A stretch of 64,000 nucleotides of DNA from Bdellovibrionales bacterium. Its GTDB lineage: Bacteria > Bdellovibrionota > Bdellovibrionia > Bdellovibrionales > UBA1609. Below are positions 48,995 to 58,478 of the stretch, one piece after another (the stretch's first letter is position 1; each line of letters starts with the position of its first letter). The position numbers were made by a program, and so were the translations under genes. The notes under the pieces are model-generated. The model worked only from the letters and a program-made list of their open reading frames with translations, did no database searches and was not told the origin of the DNA. The stretch spans positions 96,001 through 160,000 of the forward strand of contig CBDBIB010000002.1 in NCBI GenBank assembly GCA_965205945.1. The letters are read 5' to 3'.

Positions 48995-49609
48995 TTAAAA
49001 TTTATTTTTTGCTTCTGGTATAAGCTTTTTTAAAAGCTGTCTTACTGCATTTCCTCTATGTGAAATAGCATTTTTTTCATAAGGGGTAAGTTCAGCCATA
49101 GTTTTATTCATGCCTTGGGGAATAAATAAAGAATCATAGCCAAAACCGCCTTTTGCATTTGAAGGGATAGGGGCAATACTTCCTTTACACTCTCCTATTA
49201 TTTCAAATTTTTGATCATTTGGACCTAAAGCAATAATCTGGCAAACGTAGCGAGCGCTTCGGTCTAAAGTTTTTTTAAAATTTAGCATTTTATAAAGTTT
49301 GTCGTTATTTTGGCGATCAATAGCTGTGGGGCCTGCATATCTTGCAGAGTGAACTCCTGGAAGATTATTTAAAGCCGTAACCTGAATTCCAGAATCTTCA
49401 GCAATAACCCAGTCAGGACCAGTTATAAAAGGGCGAAATGACTTAGCCTTAAGGAGAGCATTTTCTAAAAAAGTGGATCCTGTTTCTTTTGGAGCTTTGT
49501 AAAATTCAATTTCTTTTGCTGATTTAATAGTAAAGTTAGTGTTTTTAAAAAGACTTTGAAAATCTTTAAGTTTATTTTGGTTAAAAGATGCAATCCATAA
49601 ATTAGGCAA
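48995..49609 (-). CDS. rdgB: Non-canonical purine NTP pyrophosphatase
   Basis: ETGSTFLENALLKA, EDSG, PGVHSARY, GFGYD and SHR motifs. Confidence 0.95.
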   Translation of the reverse strand: MPNLWIASFNQNKLKDFQSLFKNTNFTIKSAKEIEFYKAPKETGSTFLENALLKAKSFRPFITGPDWVIAEDSGIQVTALNNLPGVHSARYAGPTAIDRQNNDKLYKMLNFKKTLDRSARYVCQIIALGPNDQKFEIIGECKGSIAPIPSNAKGGFGYDSLFIPQGMNKTMAELTPYEKNAISHRGNAVRQLLKKLIPEAKNKF

Positions 49610-50330
49610 GAAGAGTCTCCCATCCTAGAGCTTGTTTTTGTGCTTTAAATAAAACTTGAGAGGCTTTTTGAGTATTTTTAATAAGACTAAGAAGTTGTTT
49701 AAGATCAAAAGCAGTTTTTTCTGCAGTTCCTTGAATTTCAATAAACTGTTGTTTGTTATTTATTACAAGGTTCACATCAGAATCACAGCTAGAGTCTTCC
49801 TCATAATCTAAATCAACTAAAAGTTCACCGTTTACATAGCCTGAAGAAAGGCCCACAATTTGAAACATTAAAGGGTTTTTTTTAATCTGTCCTTGGAGTT
49901 TTAAGAATTCAAAAGCTCTAGCAAGGGCAACAAATCCACCAGTTATAGAAGCTGTTCGTGTTCCACCGTCTGCTTGTAAAACATCACAGTCGATAATAAT
50001 AGATTTTTCAGCAAAGGCTTTCATGTCAACACAGGCCCTAAGTGACCTTCCAATAAGTCTTGAGATTTCCTGAGATCTTCCCCCTGAAAAAGCCTTTTCT
50101 CTTCTTATACGAGTATGTGTTGAACGAGGAAGCATTGAATATTCAACAGTAATCCAACCCTCATTGCTACCTTGCAGCCACCTTGGAACATTATCTTCAA
50201 CGGTAGCAGTACAAAGAACTCTGGTTTTTCCAAAAGAAACAATACAACTTCCTTCAGCATATTCAATTGGATCCATCTTAAAATTTACAGGACGCATGGA
50301 AAGATTTTCTCGATTGTTTTTTCTTATCAT
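49602..50330 (-). CDS. rph: Ribonuclease PH
   Basis: EYSMLPRST, EISRLIGRSLR and DCDVLQADGGTRTASITG motifs. Confidence 0.97.
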   Translation of the reverse strand: MIRKNNRENLSMRPVNFKMDPIEYAEGSCIVSFGKTRVLCTATVEDNVPRWLQGSNEGWITVEYSMLPRSTHTRIRREKAFSGGRSQEISRLIGRSLRACVDMKAFAEKSIIIDCDVLQADGGTRTASITGGFVALARAFEFLKLQGQIKKNPLMFQIVGLSSGYVNGELLVDLDYEEDSSCDSDVNLVINNKQQFIEIQGTAEKTAFDLKQLLSLIKNTQKASQVLFKAQKQALGWETLLA

Positions 50331-50658
50331 ATATAGTTTGTTGCATCAATAAAGTGGTTTGTCTAGAGTAGTAAGAAATATGTATTTTTTTAAATTATTG
50401 AAATAAAAAAAATATTTAATTTAAAGAAAAATAAAAAAAATGGTCTGGAAAAAGAGAAAAAAGTGGTCTTTAAAATGGAAGTAAAGACACAAAGGTAAAG
50501 AGTTAAAAAGATTTTGTATCTATCTAAAAATATTGACTTTTTCTTTTTTTAAAAGTAATTTTTAAAGAAAATCTAATTTGAGTAAAAATTATATGATTAA
50601 GGTTTTAAAAACTTATAAGAAGGTGGTATATTTTAGAATAAAATATTAAGGAGAATAC

Positions 50659-51720
50659 ATGTCTGAAGTTCAAAGTTCTAATTTAGTTAAAGGAAAGTAT
50701 TGGATCACGGGTGCTGGGGTTCAATCTGCAAGTTTAGCTATATTAGCTGTAATAGGAATTGCGTTTGCCCTGTCAGTAACAAAAAGTATCATGATTCCTT
50801 TTGTATTAAGTTTATTTTTATATTTTATTTTATCTCCAGTTAGAACTTTTTTTATTCAAAAAATGAAATTTCCAGAATGGCTGGCCCTAATCTCAACTTT
50901 TGCAGTAGTAGCGTTACTTTTAACGCTTGTGTTTTTTATTCTTTTTTCAGCTTTTCAAGAATTTGCCATGGGCTATGGAGTTTATGAAGCTAAAGCTGTT
51001 TACTTTATAGACTCTATGCAGGAGTTTTTGATAAATAAAGGGGTGCCTATTGAGCATATTGATTTTGCAATAATGCTAAAAAACTTACCTCTTACACAAC
51101 TTGCTAAAGGTGCTGGAGCTAGTGTGTTGAATTTAGTTTCTACAACAATTCTAGTTTTTATATTTTTTATATTTTTATTTACGGGTGGATCTAAAGTAAA
51201 AAAAGTCACTAAGAAAAAAACAGGATTGAGTGCTGAGGTTAATGCACAAATTCGTAAATACTTAACGATAAAAGTTTTAACTTCGTTTGTAACCTCGACT
51301 ATTATTTTTGTAATTTTCACTATATTTGATTTGGATTTAGCATTTGTTTTTGCTTTTTTAGTTTTTATATTAAATTTTATTCCTACAGTGGGATCATTTT
51401 TTGCAACGATACTGCCATTTCCGGTGGCTTTTTTCCAATTCGAATCAACGATGCCAATAGTCTTAGTTTTGGTTATTCCAGGAATTATTCAGTTTATTAT
51501 TGGTAGTATTTTAGAACCAAGAGCTATGGGACAGAGTTTAAATATTCATCCTGTAGTAGTATTGATGTCTTTAATGTTTTGGGGGCTTATTTGGGGAATT
51601 GTAGGTGCTTTTTTAGCTGTGCCTATAACTGTTGTAATTAAAATAGGAATACATAAAATTGAGGGTGGAAAGTTTATAGCTAAAGCGATATCAGGCAGTT
51701 TTAATGATTTAGAAGTGTAG
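50659..51720 (+). CDS. AI-2E family transporter
   Basis: LNFIPTVGS, LEPRAMG and WGLIWGIVGAFLAVP motifs. Confidence 0.92.
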   Translation: MSEVQSSNLVKGKYWITGAGVQSASLAILAVIGIAFALSVTKSIMIPFVLSLFLYFILSPVRTFFIQKMKFPEWLALISTFAVVALLLTLVFFILFSAFQEFAMGYGVYEAKAVYFIDSMQEFLINKGVPIEHIDFAIMLKNLPLTQLAKGAGASVLNLVSTTILVFIFFIFLFTGGSKVKKVTKKKTGLSAEVNAQIRKYLTIKVLTSFVTSTIIFVIFTIFDLDLAFVFAFLVFILNFIPTVGSFFATILPFPVAFFQFESTMPIVLVLVIPGIIQFIIGSILEPRAMGQSLNIHPVVVLMSLMFWGLIWGIVGAFLAVPITVVIKIGIHKIEGGKFIAKAISGSFNDLEV

Positions 51721-51940
51721 TAGAGGTAGTTAATTTTTTATTTAGTGTATTTAGTGTATTTAGTGATTTTTGTATAAATTTTTAAGAGCGCTTGTATGCT
51801 TGAGTGTTAAATGATTTTTAAGATGCTTACTTAAGTGTCTTTAAAGAAGAATAGTTGGTTTTTATTTTTATTAAATTAAGTGTTTTTATATTTACTTATT
51901 CTTAATGAATGAAAAAATTATGGGCTTTAGTAACAGGCTT

Positions 51941-53245
51941 TTAAATTAATACACTAACAATACAGGCTGTGATATAAGCTGCAAAAGTACCTGCTAAAAC
52001 AGCCTTTAAACCAAGTTTAGCAAGTTCTTCTGAGCGGTTAGGGGCTAAAGCTCCAATTCCACCAATTTGAATTCCTATGGAGCTAAAGTTTGCAAAGCCA
52101 CAAAGAGCGTAAGAAAGAATAAGCACAGAACGCTCTGATAAAGTATCTAAATTCTTACTTAAATCTATATAGGCTATAAATTCATTAAGAATTAGTTTTT
52201 TTGCTAAAAGTGAAGCTGAGAGCCATGCATCTTGAAAAGGAATTCCTAAGAGTAGACTAAAAGGATAAAAGACCCAGGAGAAAATAACGGAAAAAGTTAA
52301 AAGAGGTTTTCCTTGAGTATAAAGACTTGGATGAACTAAGTTTTCTCCCCAATAGCTAAACCAAAAGATATTTTCAGCACTTATAGAAAGTATAAAATCA
52401 AAAAAAGCCATTAAAGCAATAAAAGCTAAAAGCATAGCTCCAACGTTTAAGGCAAGTTTAAGCCCTTGAGTTGTTCCCTTAGAGCAGGCATCAATAAAGT
52501 TAGAGTATTCTGATTTTAAAAACTGAGAGGGAACTCCACCTGCTGTTTCCGGGGTAGTAGTTTCAGGAATAAGAATTTTAGCGCAAATAAAAGAGGCTGG
52601 AGCAGAAAGAATACTTGCCGTTAATAAGTGTCCACCAATTGTGGGGATAGCATCTTTTAAAAGGCCAATATATGCAGCCATGACAGCTCCTGCCACAGTA
52701 GCCATCCCTCCAACCATAAGACAAAAAAGTTCAGAATGAGTCATTTTTTTTAAAAAAGGCCTTATAATTAAAGGAGCCTCGGTTTGTCCTACAAAAATAT
52801 TAGCGCTTGCAGCTAAAGATTCAACACCACTAATTTTAAAAATTTTTGTAAAGACTATAGAAAAAGCATAAACAACAATTGGAAGAATTCTTAAGTGGTA
52901 AAGAAGAGCCATTAAGCTTGAGAAAAAAACAATAGTGGGGAGAACTTTAAAGGCTATGATAAAACCCCATGTATCAACATCAACTAAAGGGCCAAATAAA
53001 AAAGCACTTCCATGATCTGTAAATTGGAGTATTTTTATAATAGTAATATTAACGTATTCAAACACTAAGCTGCCTAAGCCGGGAATATTTATAGCAGGAA
53101 TTCCTAAAATTAATAATGCTAAGATAAATTGAAACAAGATTCCTGATATTATAAGACGCCAGTTTATTTTCTTTCTATTTTCAGAAAGAAGAACTAAAAT
53201 TCCTAAGAAGATAAATATTCCTATAAGGCCTAGTCCTTGCTTCAT
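51941..53245 (-). CDS. nupC: Concentrative nucleoside transporter (CNT, NupC family)
   Basis: ANIFVGQTEAPL, GGMATVAG and ALCGFANFSSIGIQIGG motifs. Confidence 0.93.
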   Translation of the reverse strand: MKQGLGLIGIFIFLGILVLLSENRKKINWRLIISGILFQFILALLILGIPAINIPGLGSLVFEYVNITIIKILQFTDHGSAFLFGPLVDVDTWGFIIAFKVLPTIVFFSSLMALLYHLRILPIVVYAFSIVFTKIFKISGVESLAASANIFVGQTEAPLIIRPFLKKMTHSELFCLMVGGMATVAGAVMAAYIGLLKDAIPTIGGHLLTASILSAPASFICAKILIPETTTPETAGGVPSQFLKSEYSNFIDACSKGTTQGLKLALNVGAMLLAFIALMAFFDFILSISAENIFWFSYWGENLVHPSLYTQGKPLLTFSVIFSWVFYPFSLLLGIPFQDAWLSASLLAKKLILNEFIAYIDLSKNLDTLSERSVLILSYALCGFANFSSIGIQIGGIGALAPNRSEELAKLGLKAVLAGTFAAYITACIVSVLI

Positions 53246-53255
53246 AGCTTTGTGC

Positions 53256-54827
53256 TTAACCTGTTAGGCTTTCTAATAAAGGGCCTGTTATTGTGATTAC
53301 AGCGGAAAGAGGTTTTGCACTTTTTTTCTCAAAAGGCCAGTGACTTGTATATTGCCCAACTTCTTTAGTTTTCTCACCAGGGTGCTGCACGGATAAGAAA
53401 AGAGTTTTTCCATCAGGAGAAAAAAAAGGTCCTGTAAACTCTGCATCAATAGGAGCTGAGGCTATTTTGATGACTTCACCTGCCTGTCTACCTTTTCTAG
53501 GAATAATAAAAAGGCCATTATGACCGAATTCCTTATAGTCAGTATTTCCAATATTTCCACCAGAAATATCGCTAGTTAGCCAAAGATTTCCATTTTTATC
53601 AAATGTTATATTATCAGGGCATGAAAAGTTAGACTTAGTGCCTCCTGCTTTAAAAGTCTTATGTCGAAATTTTAAACTGCCTTTTGTATGCTCTGAAATT
53701 TTTAAAATAGAACCGTGTAAGTTACCCTTGGATTTATTGTTAGTTAAACTAATAAAAACGTCTCCAGAAATAGGGTCAATATCAATATCTTCAGGGCGAT
53801 CAAGAGGTGTTCCATCCACTATTTTTGCTGCTTCTCTAGCTCTAATATAAACAGAAGTTTGGTCTTTAAACTTTTCTTGAAGTCTTTCATCAGAATTTAT
53901 ATCTAGAGATATCCACTTATTTTTTTCTAAGTTGGCAACATATAAGGTTCCCTCTTTTAAAGAATTTTTTTTAGAAGAAATAAACTTGTATAAACACTCA
54001 TTTTCAGAGTCATCACCACTATAAACAACGGGGAAGCCATCTTTTGTTAAAGCGACTGTTGCACATTCATGAGCAAAACGACCTAGAGGGATAATTTTTT
54101 CAGCAGATTTTTTTTTTGGATCTACTTCAACAACCCATCCATAGTTTTCAGGAGGTTGTGGATCTATAGAGGTCCAACCAAAATCTCTTTTATCTTTTTT
54201 TACCCTTCTTTTTCCTGATTTATAATATTTAGCTTCACCATAGAAATGACTATAGTTTTCCTCACAAGTTAAAATTGTGCCCCATGAAGTGTAGCCACCA
54301 GAACAGTTTGCAAGGCTTCCAAGTGCCATATTTTGTCCACGCACCTTATGGCTTAATGGAATTTGTGTAGACCCAGTAATTCTAAAGTTTAGGCTAGAAT
54401 CCTTAATAATACGCCATTTACCGTTTTTATTTTTTTTAACTTCAATAAAGCTTCCTCCAACTTGGTAACGCTCATGTTTTAAAAGTTTTTGTGTGAGCAT
54501 GAACTTTTTATTTCTTCCATGTAAAAGTAAAGGGTTTAAACTTTCATGATTTACCCAAAGGCCAAATTTCCCATGGGGAAAAGAGTAAAGATTTAAATAG
54601 TCATTATTTGTTCCAAAATATGTAAAAGGAGCGATCTTATCACCTTCTTTAATAAGAATTTCATAAGAAAGTCCTTCTGCTAGGTTTACTTTGTCTTGGG
54701 CTGTATTAAGATTAAGCCCGTTTATTTGTAAGTTTTCTTTTCTTCTAAGTTGTAAACAGCTAGGTATAATAGAAAGAGTAGAAGTTGCTCCTATAAATTT
54801 AAGAAAGTTTCGTCTAGACCAGATCAT
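53256..54827 (-). CDS. phoX: PhoX family alkaline phosphatase, Tat-exported, possible lipoprotein
   Basis: SRRNFLK Tat motif; VNHE, NCSGG, TCEEN, GRFAHE, DRPED, CPDN, AEFTG and SVQHPGE motifs. Confidence 0.93.
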   Translation of the reverse strand: MIWSRRNFLKFIGATSTLSIIPSCLQLRRKENLQINGLNLNTAQDKVNLAEGLSYEILIKEGDKIAPFTYFGTNNDYLNLYSFPHGKFGLWVNHESLNPLLLHGRNKKFMLTQKLLKHERYQVGGSFIEVKKNKNGKWRIIKDSSLNFRITGSTQIPLSHKVRGQNMALGSLANCSGGYTSWGTILTCEENYSHFYGEAKYYKSGKRRVKKDKRDFGWTSIDPQPPENYGWVVEVDPKKKSAEKIIPLGRFAHECATVALTKDGFPVVYSGDDSENECLYKFISSKKNSLKEGTLYVANLEKNKWISLDINSDERLQEKFKDQTSVYIRAREAAKIVDGTPLDRPEDIDIDPISGDVFISLTNNKSKGNLHGSILKISEHTKGSLKFRHKTFKAGGTKSNFSCPDNITFDKNGNLWLTSDISGGNIGNTDYKEFGHNGLFIIPRKGRQAGEVIKIASAPIDAEFTGPFFSPDGKTLFLSVQHPGEKTKEVGQYTSHWPFEKKSAKPLSAVITITGPLLESLTG

Positions 54828-54891
54828 AAAAAGCTCCAAGCTTAAGGGGTAAGTGTATATTTAAGTGAAGATTTCAAAAAAAACCCATTTT

Positions 54892-54909
54892 TGTCACCTT
54901 AAAAAGACA
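54892..54909 (+). promoter_or_regulatory. Candidate enhancer-binding-protein site
   Basis: Palindrome TGTC-N10-GACA about 90 bp upstream of the predicted sigma-54 start site. Confidence 0.55.
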
Positions 54910-54967
54910 AAATTTATTAAAAATACTTTTAAATAAGTTCAAAGCTAAGATATTTAGCCTTAAAACA

Positions 54968-54983
54968 TGGCAAACTCTTTGCT
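54968..54983 (+). promoter_or_regulatory. Sigma-54 (-24/-12) promoter
   Basis: TGGCAAA-CTCT-TTGCT matches TGGCACG-N4-TTGCW with exact spacing. Confidence 0.75.
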
Positions 54984-54993
54984 ATATACTTAA

Positions 54994-55096
54994 TACTTAT
55001 TTAGACTCTTCCCCCCTTTTGTTTGAATAAGTGTAGGTGGAGCTATCCTATTTTTCTCCTCCTTACAAGTCGGCTGTTAAAAGCCGGCTTTTTTTT
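54994..55096 (+). ncRNA. Putative sigma-54-dependent small RNA (~100 nt)
   Basis: Begins about 12 nt after the -12 GC; 13-14-bp 5' stem with a UCUUCCCCCCUUUU loop; CUCCUCCUU tract; terminator; no ORF. Confidence 0.65.
55067..55096 (+). terminator. Intrinsic terminator
   Basis: AAGTCGGCT-GTTAAA-AGCCGGCTT followed by a T run. Confidence 0.8.
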
Positions 55097-55474
55097 AATG
55101 AGATTTTACTAATTATGGTGGTACACACAGAAAGGTATAATATTGTGCCTTTTTTATTTCTAAAATAATAAGACACTATCTAATGCTTTTAATACTGAGC
55201 TTGAATATGCAAGTAATAAAGGTGGTGTAGCTTTTACAATATAGTTAGAGCGTATAATTTTTATTTACGAAAATATAATACTAAGAGTCTATTAAGAAAC
55301 AACTAAGTAACCCAAAATAAGTACTATCAACCAGCGTTTAGAAGAAAAGTTTATAAAAGTATTAATGCTGTGCTTATTATCTTAAGACAGAGCAGCTGTA
55401 GTTTTTTCACTTAAAAACCAACCCAGTTGTTGCTTTTCCTTTTTAGCAAATACTTTTAAAAGTTTTATAAAATT

Positions 55475-56203
55475 TTATTTTAAAAAATTTGATTTAAGTA
55501 TATTTAAATATCTACTAATGGTTTCTTTCATTCCTAAATCTAGACTTTCACAGATTAAAGCATGTCCAATTGAAATTTCTTTTATTTCAGGAATAAGTTT
55601 AAGAAGAGAGGAAATATTGTTAAGGTTTAAATCATGACCTGCATTAAGCTGTAATCCAGCGGTTAAAAGTTGATTAGCACAGTTTCGGTATTTTTTAAGA
55701 ATATTATTATTTTTATGGTTACAAGCAAACTCTTTAGTGTAAAGTTCAGCCCTATGTGCTCCAAATAGTTTTAGTGTTTTTGCATGTTCTAACATTATAG
55801 TGTCAGGCTCAACAAAGACAGAGACTCTAGTTATTGATGAGAGTTCTTTAATTGAAGATTTAAGTAGTTTAGATTCAGTTCTAATATCCCATCCAGCATT
55901 AGAAGTTAAAGTATTTGGAGGGTCTGGAACTAAAGTGCACTGTTGGGGTTTAATTTCTTTGATTAGACTGATGAACTCAGTGCTAGGGTAACCTTCAATA
56001 TTAAATTCTGTTTTAATTATGGACTTTAAGTCAAAAATGTCTTGTTTTTTAATGTGTCGCTCATCAGGTCTTGGATGAGCGGTGAGGCCATGGACTCCAA
56101 AGGATTCAATTTTTTGAGCCCAATTGATTAAATTAGGGTTGTTGCCGCCGCGTGCATTTCTAATGGTGGCAAGTTTGTTGATATTTACACTAAGTTTAGT
56201 CAT
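55475..56203 (-). CDS. pdxJ: Pyridoxine 5'-phosphate synthase
   Basis: LSVNINKLATIRNARG, HPRPDERHI, NAGHDLN and SIGHALI motifs. Confidence 0.97.
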   Translation of the reverse strand: MTKLSVNINKLATIRNARGGNNPNLINWAQKIESFGVHGLTAHPRPDERHIKKQDIFDLKSIIKTEFNIEGYPSTEFISLIKEIKPQQCTLVPDPPNTLTSNAGWDIRTESKLLKSSIKELSSITRVSVFVEPDTIMLEHAKTLKLFGAHRAELYTKEFACNHKNNNILKKYRNCANQLLTAGLQLNAGHDLNLNNISSLLKLIPEIKEISIGHALICESLDLGMKETISRYLNILKSNFLK

Positions 56204-56285
56204 ACAAAGCCTTATTATATTATGTGAATTTTATTTAACAAAAATATAACTTGAAGTAAGCCTTTAGGGGTTGTTTTATATATAT

Positions 56286-56997
56286 ATGGTACAATGCAAA
56301 ATTTTATTAGTAGAAGATGAGGCAAGTCTGGCCCACTTGATGAGCATTCAATTAAAATCATGTGGATTTAAAGTTGAAATAGTTTCAAATGGTGAAGAGG
56401 CAAGAAAGTCTCTTGATTGTAACTTTTTTGATATAATTTTACTTGATTGGATGCTTCCAGAAGAAAATGGAGTTAATATTTTAAAGTGGCTTCGTAATTC
56501 AGAAAAATCTTATAGTAAAATCCCTGTAATTTTTGTAACAGCTTTAACCTCTCCTGGAAATATCATTCGTGCTCTAGAGCTAGGGGCTGATGATTATTTA
56601 ACAAAACCTTTTAATGAATCCATCTTAGTGGCAAGGATTAATGCTGTACTAAGAAGGGCTGATTTTAATAATAAAGGTGATAATTTAGAAAATAAAAATA
56701 AAGTCTTTAAGCTTGTAGATTTAAAGCTTGATCCAAAAACTTTTAAAGTGAGTCTTGGAAATGAAAAGTTAAATCTTACACGTTCTGAGTTTTTACTTTT
56801 AAAGAGTTTAATGAAAGAGCATGGTTGCGTACTTACAAGAGAGGACCTTATATCTAAAGTTCAAGGGGTTCAAGTTAATGTAACAGGTAGGACTATAGAC
56901 ACGCATATTTTTGGATTAAGAAAGAAGCTTAAAAACTACTCAGTATGTATAGAAACTGTTAGAGGAGTTGGTTATAGAATTAACCAGCCTGAATAGA
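56286..56997 (+). CDS. OmpR/PhoB family response regulator
   Basis: LLVEDE, LDWMLP, GADDYLTKPF, RTIDTHI..LRKKL and ETVRGVGY motifs. Confidence 0.92.
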
Positions 56998-57018
56998 TTG
57001 AAAAAAGAAAGTAACTAA

Positions 57019-58431
57019 ATGAATAATTTTCCATTTAAGCTTTGGTATAGAATGACAGGCTGCTTTATACTTATGTCTATAGGCTTACATTTTTTATTTA
57101 ATGTTGTTCTAGATTTTATGAGGTTAACTCTTTTAGGGTTAGATTATTTGATTTTTTCTTTGGTTTCTTCTTTGATTTTTTCTTTGATCTGTTTTTCTTT
57201 ATTTTCGTTATATGCTATTCGTCCTTTAAATGAAGCTATTAAGTATTTAAAATTGTTGCTTAATCAACCTAAAACAGAAAATATTAGGGTTTCTAAGGGG
57301 GAATTTTTAAAAATTTTTAAATATGCTAAATGGAGAGAACTAGGGGAACTGGTTAAAAAGGTTGAAAGAAAATTACGTAGAAGAACAAAAGCCTTGTTGA
57401 GGGAAAAAACTGAATTAAGTGCTGTGATGAATTCTTTAGATTCGCCAACTATTTCAATTACTACTCAAATGGAGGTGGCGTTTTTAAATTCAGCTTTTGC
57501 AGTTTTATTTGAGATTTCTAATACTACCCTTAATCTTACTAAAGGTGCAAAAAAATTATCTAAGGTAATTAAAGAAGAAAAAATTAGGAATGTTTTAGAA
57601 CATGCTATTAAAAACAACGATTTTGAAAAAAAAATGGTTAGATTTGTATTAGGAGAACGTAAGAGGATTTTCTCTATTTTAATGTCACCTTTAAGAAGAG
57701 GAATCGACAATTCACTTTATGGTTTAGTGGCTTCATTTACTGATGAGACAGTAAAAATTGAGTTAGATCAAAAAAGAATAGCATTTGTAGCAAATGCGTC
57801 TCATGAATTAAGAACTCCAATTGCAGCCATCGCTACTTCTATAAGTCTTCTTAATAAAGTAAAGGACCTAGAAACTAAAGACCAAATTTTAGAGTCATTA
57901 AGTTTAAATTCAGATCGATTAGTCAGTCTTGCACAAGATTTATTAGATTTATCAAAACTTGAAGATGAAGGGGAAGCATTTAAAGTAGGAGAGCTTTATT
58001 TAAAAGATATAACCCTAGAGGTTTTAAGAGAGCTTATACATCCTAGGAAAGATTTAATTAAGGTTATATATTCTGTAGAGTATGGTTGTTTTGATGGAAG
58101 TAAGGTTAAGCAAGTTTTAACAAATCTTTTAAGAAATGCGTTGATTCATACTCCAGATGAAACAAAAGTTGAGGTTAAGTGGTATATGTCAGGTAAAGGT
58201 GAGCTATGTATTCAGGTTAAAGATTGGGGTACAGGCATTCCAGAAGTAGAGCAGGGTAGAATTTTTGAGAGATTTTATAGAATTGATAAGAGCCGCTCAA
58301 GAAAAAGTGGAGGCTCAGGAATAGGGCTTTCAATAGTAAAATATATAATGAGGCTTCATAGTGGGGAAGTAAAGTTGCTACCTTATAAACAAGGTAAAGG
58401 CGCTACATTTATTTGTACTTTCCCCCAGTAA
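57019..58431 (+). CDS. PhoR-like sensor histidine kinase
   Basis: Two TM helices, PAS-like region, FVANASHELRTP, RIFERFYRIDKSRSRKSGGSGIGLSIVK. Confidence 0.92.
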   Translation: MNNFPFKLWYRMTGCFILMSIGLHFLFNVVLDFMRLTLLGLDYLIFSLVSSLIFSLICFSLFSLYAIRPLNEAIKYLKLLLNQPKTENIRVSKGEFLKIFKYAKWRELGELVKKVERKLRRRTKALLREKTELSAVMNSLDSPTISITTQMEVAFLNSAFAVLFEISNTTLNLTKGAKKLSKVIKEEKIRNVLEHAIKNNDFEKKMVRFVLGERKRIFSILMSPLRRGIDNSLYGLVASFTDETVKIELDQKRIAFVANASHELRTPIAAIATSISLLNKVKDLETKDQILESLSLNSDRLVSLAQDLLDLSKLEDEGEAFKVGELYLKDITLEVLRELIHPRKDLIKVIYSVEYGCFDGSKVKQVLTNLLRNALIHTPDETKVEVKWYMSGKGELCIQVKDWGTGIPEVEQGRIFERFYRIDKSRSRKSGGSGIGLSIVKYIMRLHSGEVKLLPYKQGKGATFICTFPQ

Positions 58432-58478
58432 AACTTATATAGATTTAGTAAAAAAATATTTAAAAGTAACTATTTTTT

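Noticed and set aside
51740..51765. ATTTAGTGT repeated about three times after the AI-2E gene
   Set aside because: Short microsatellite between convergent genes with no evident function.
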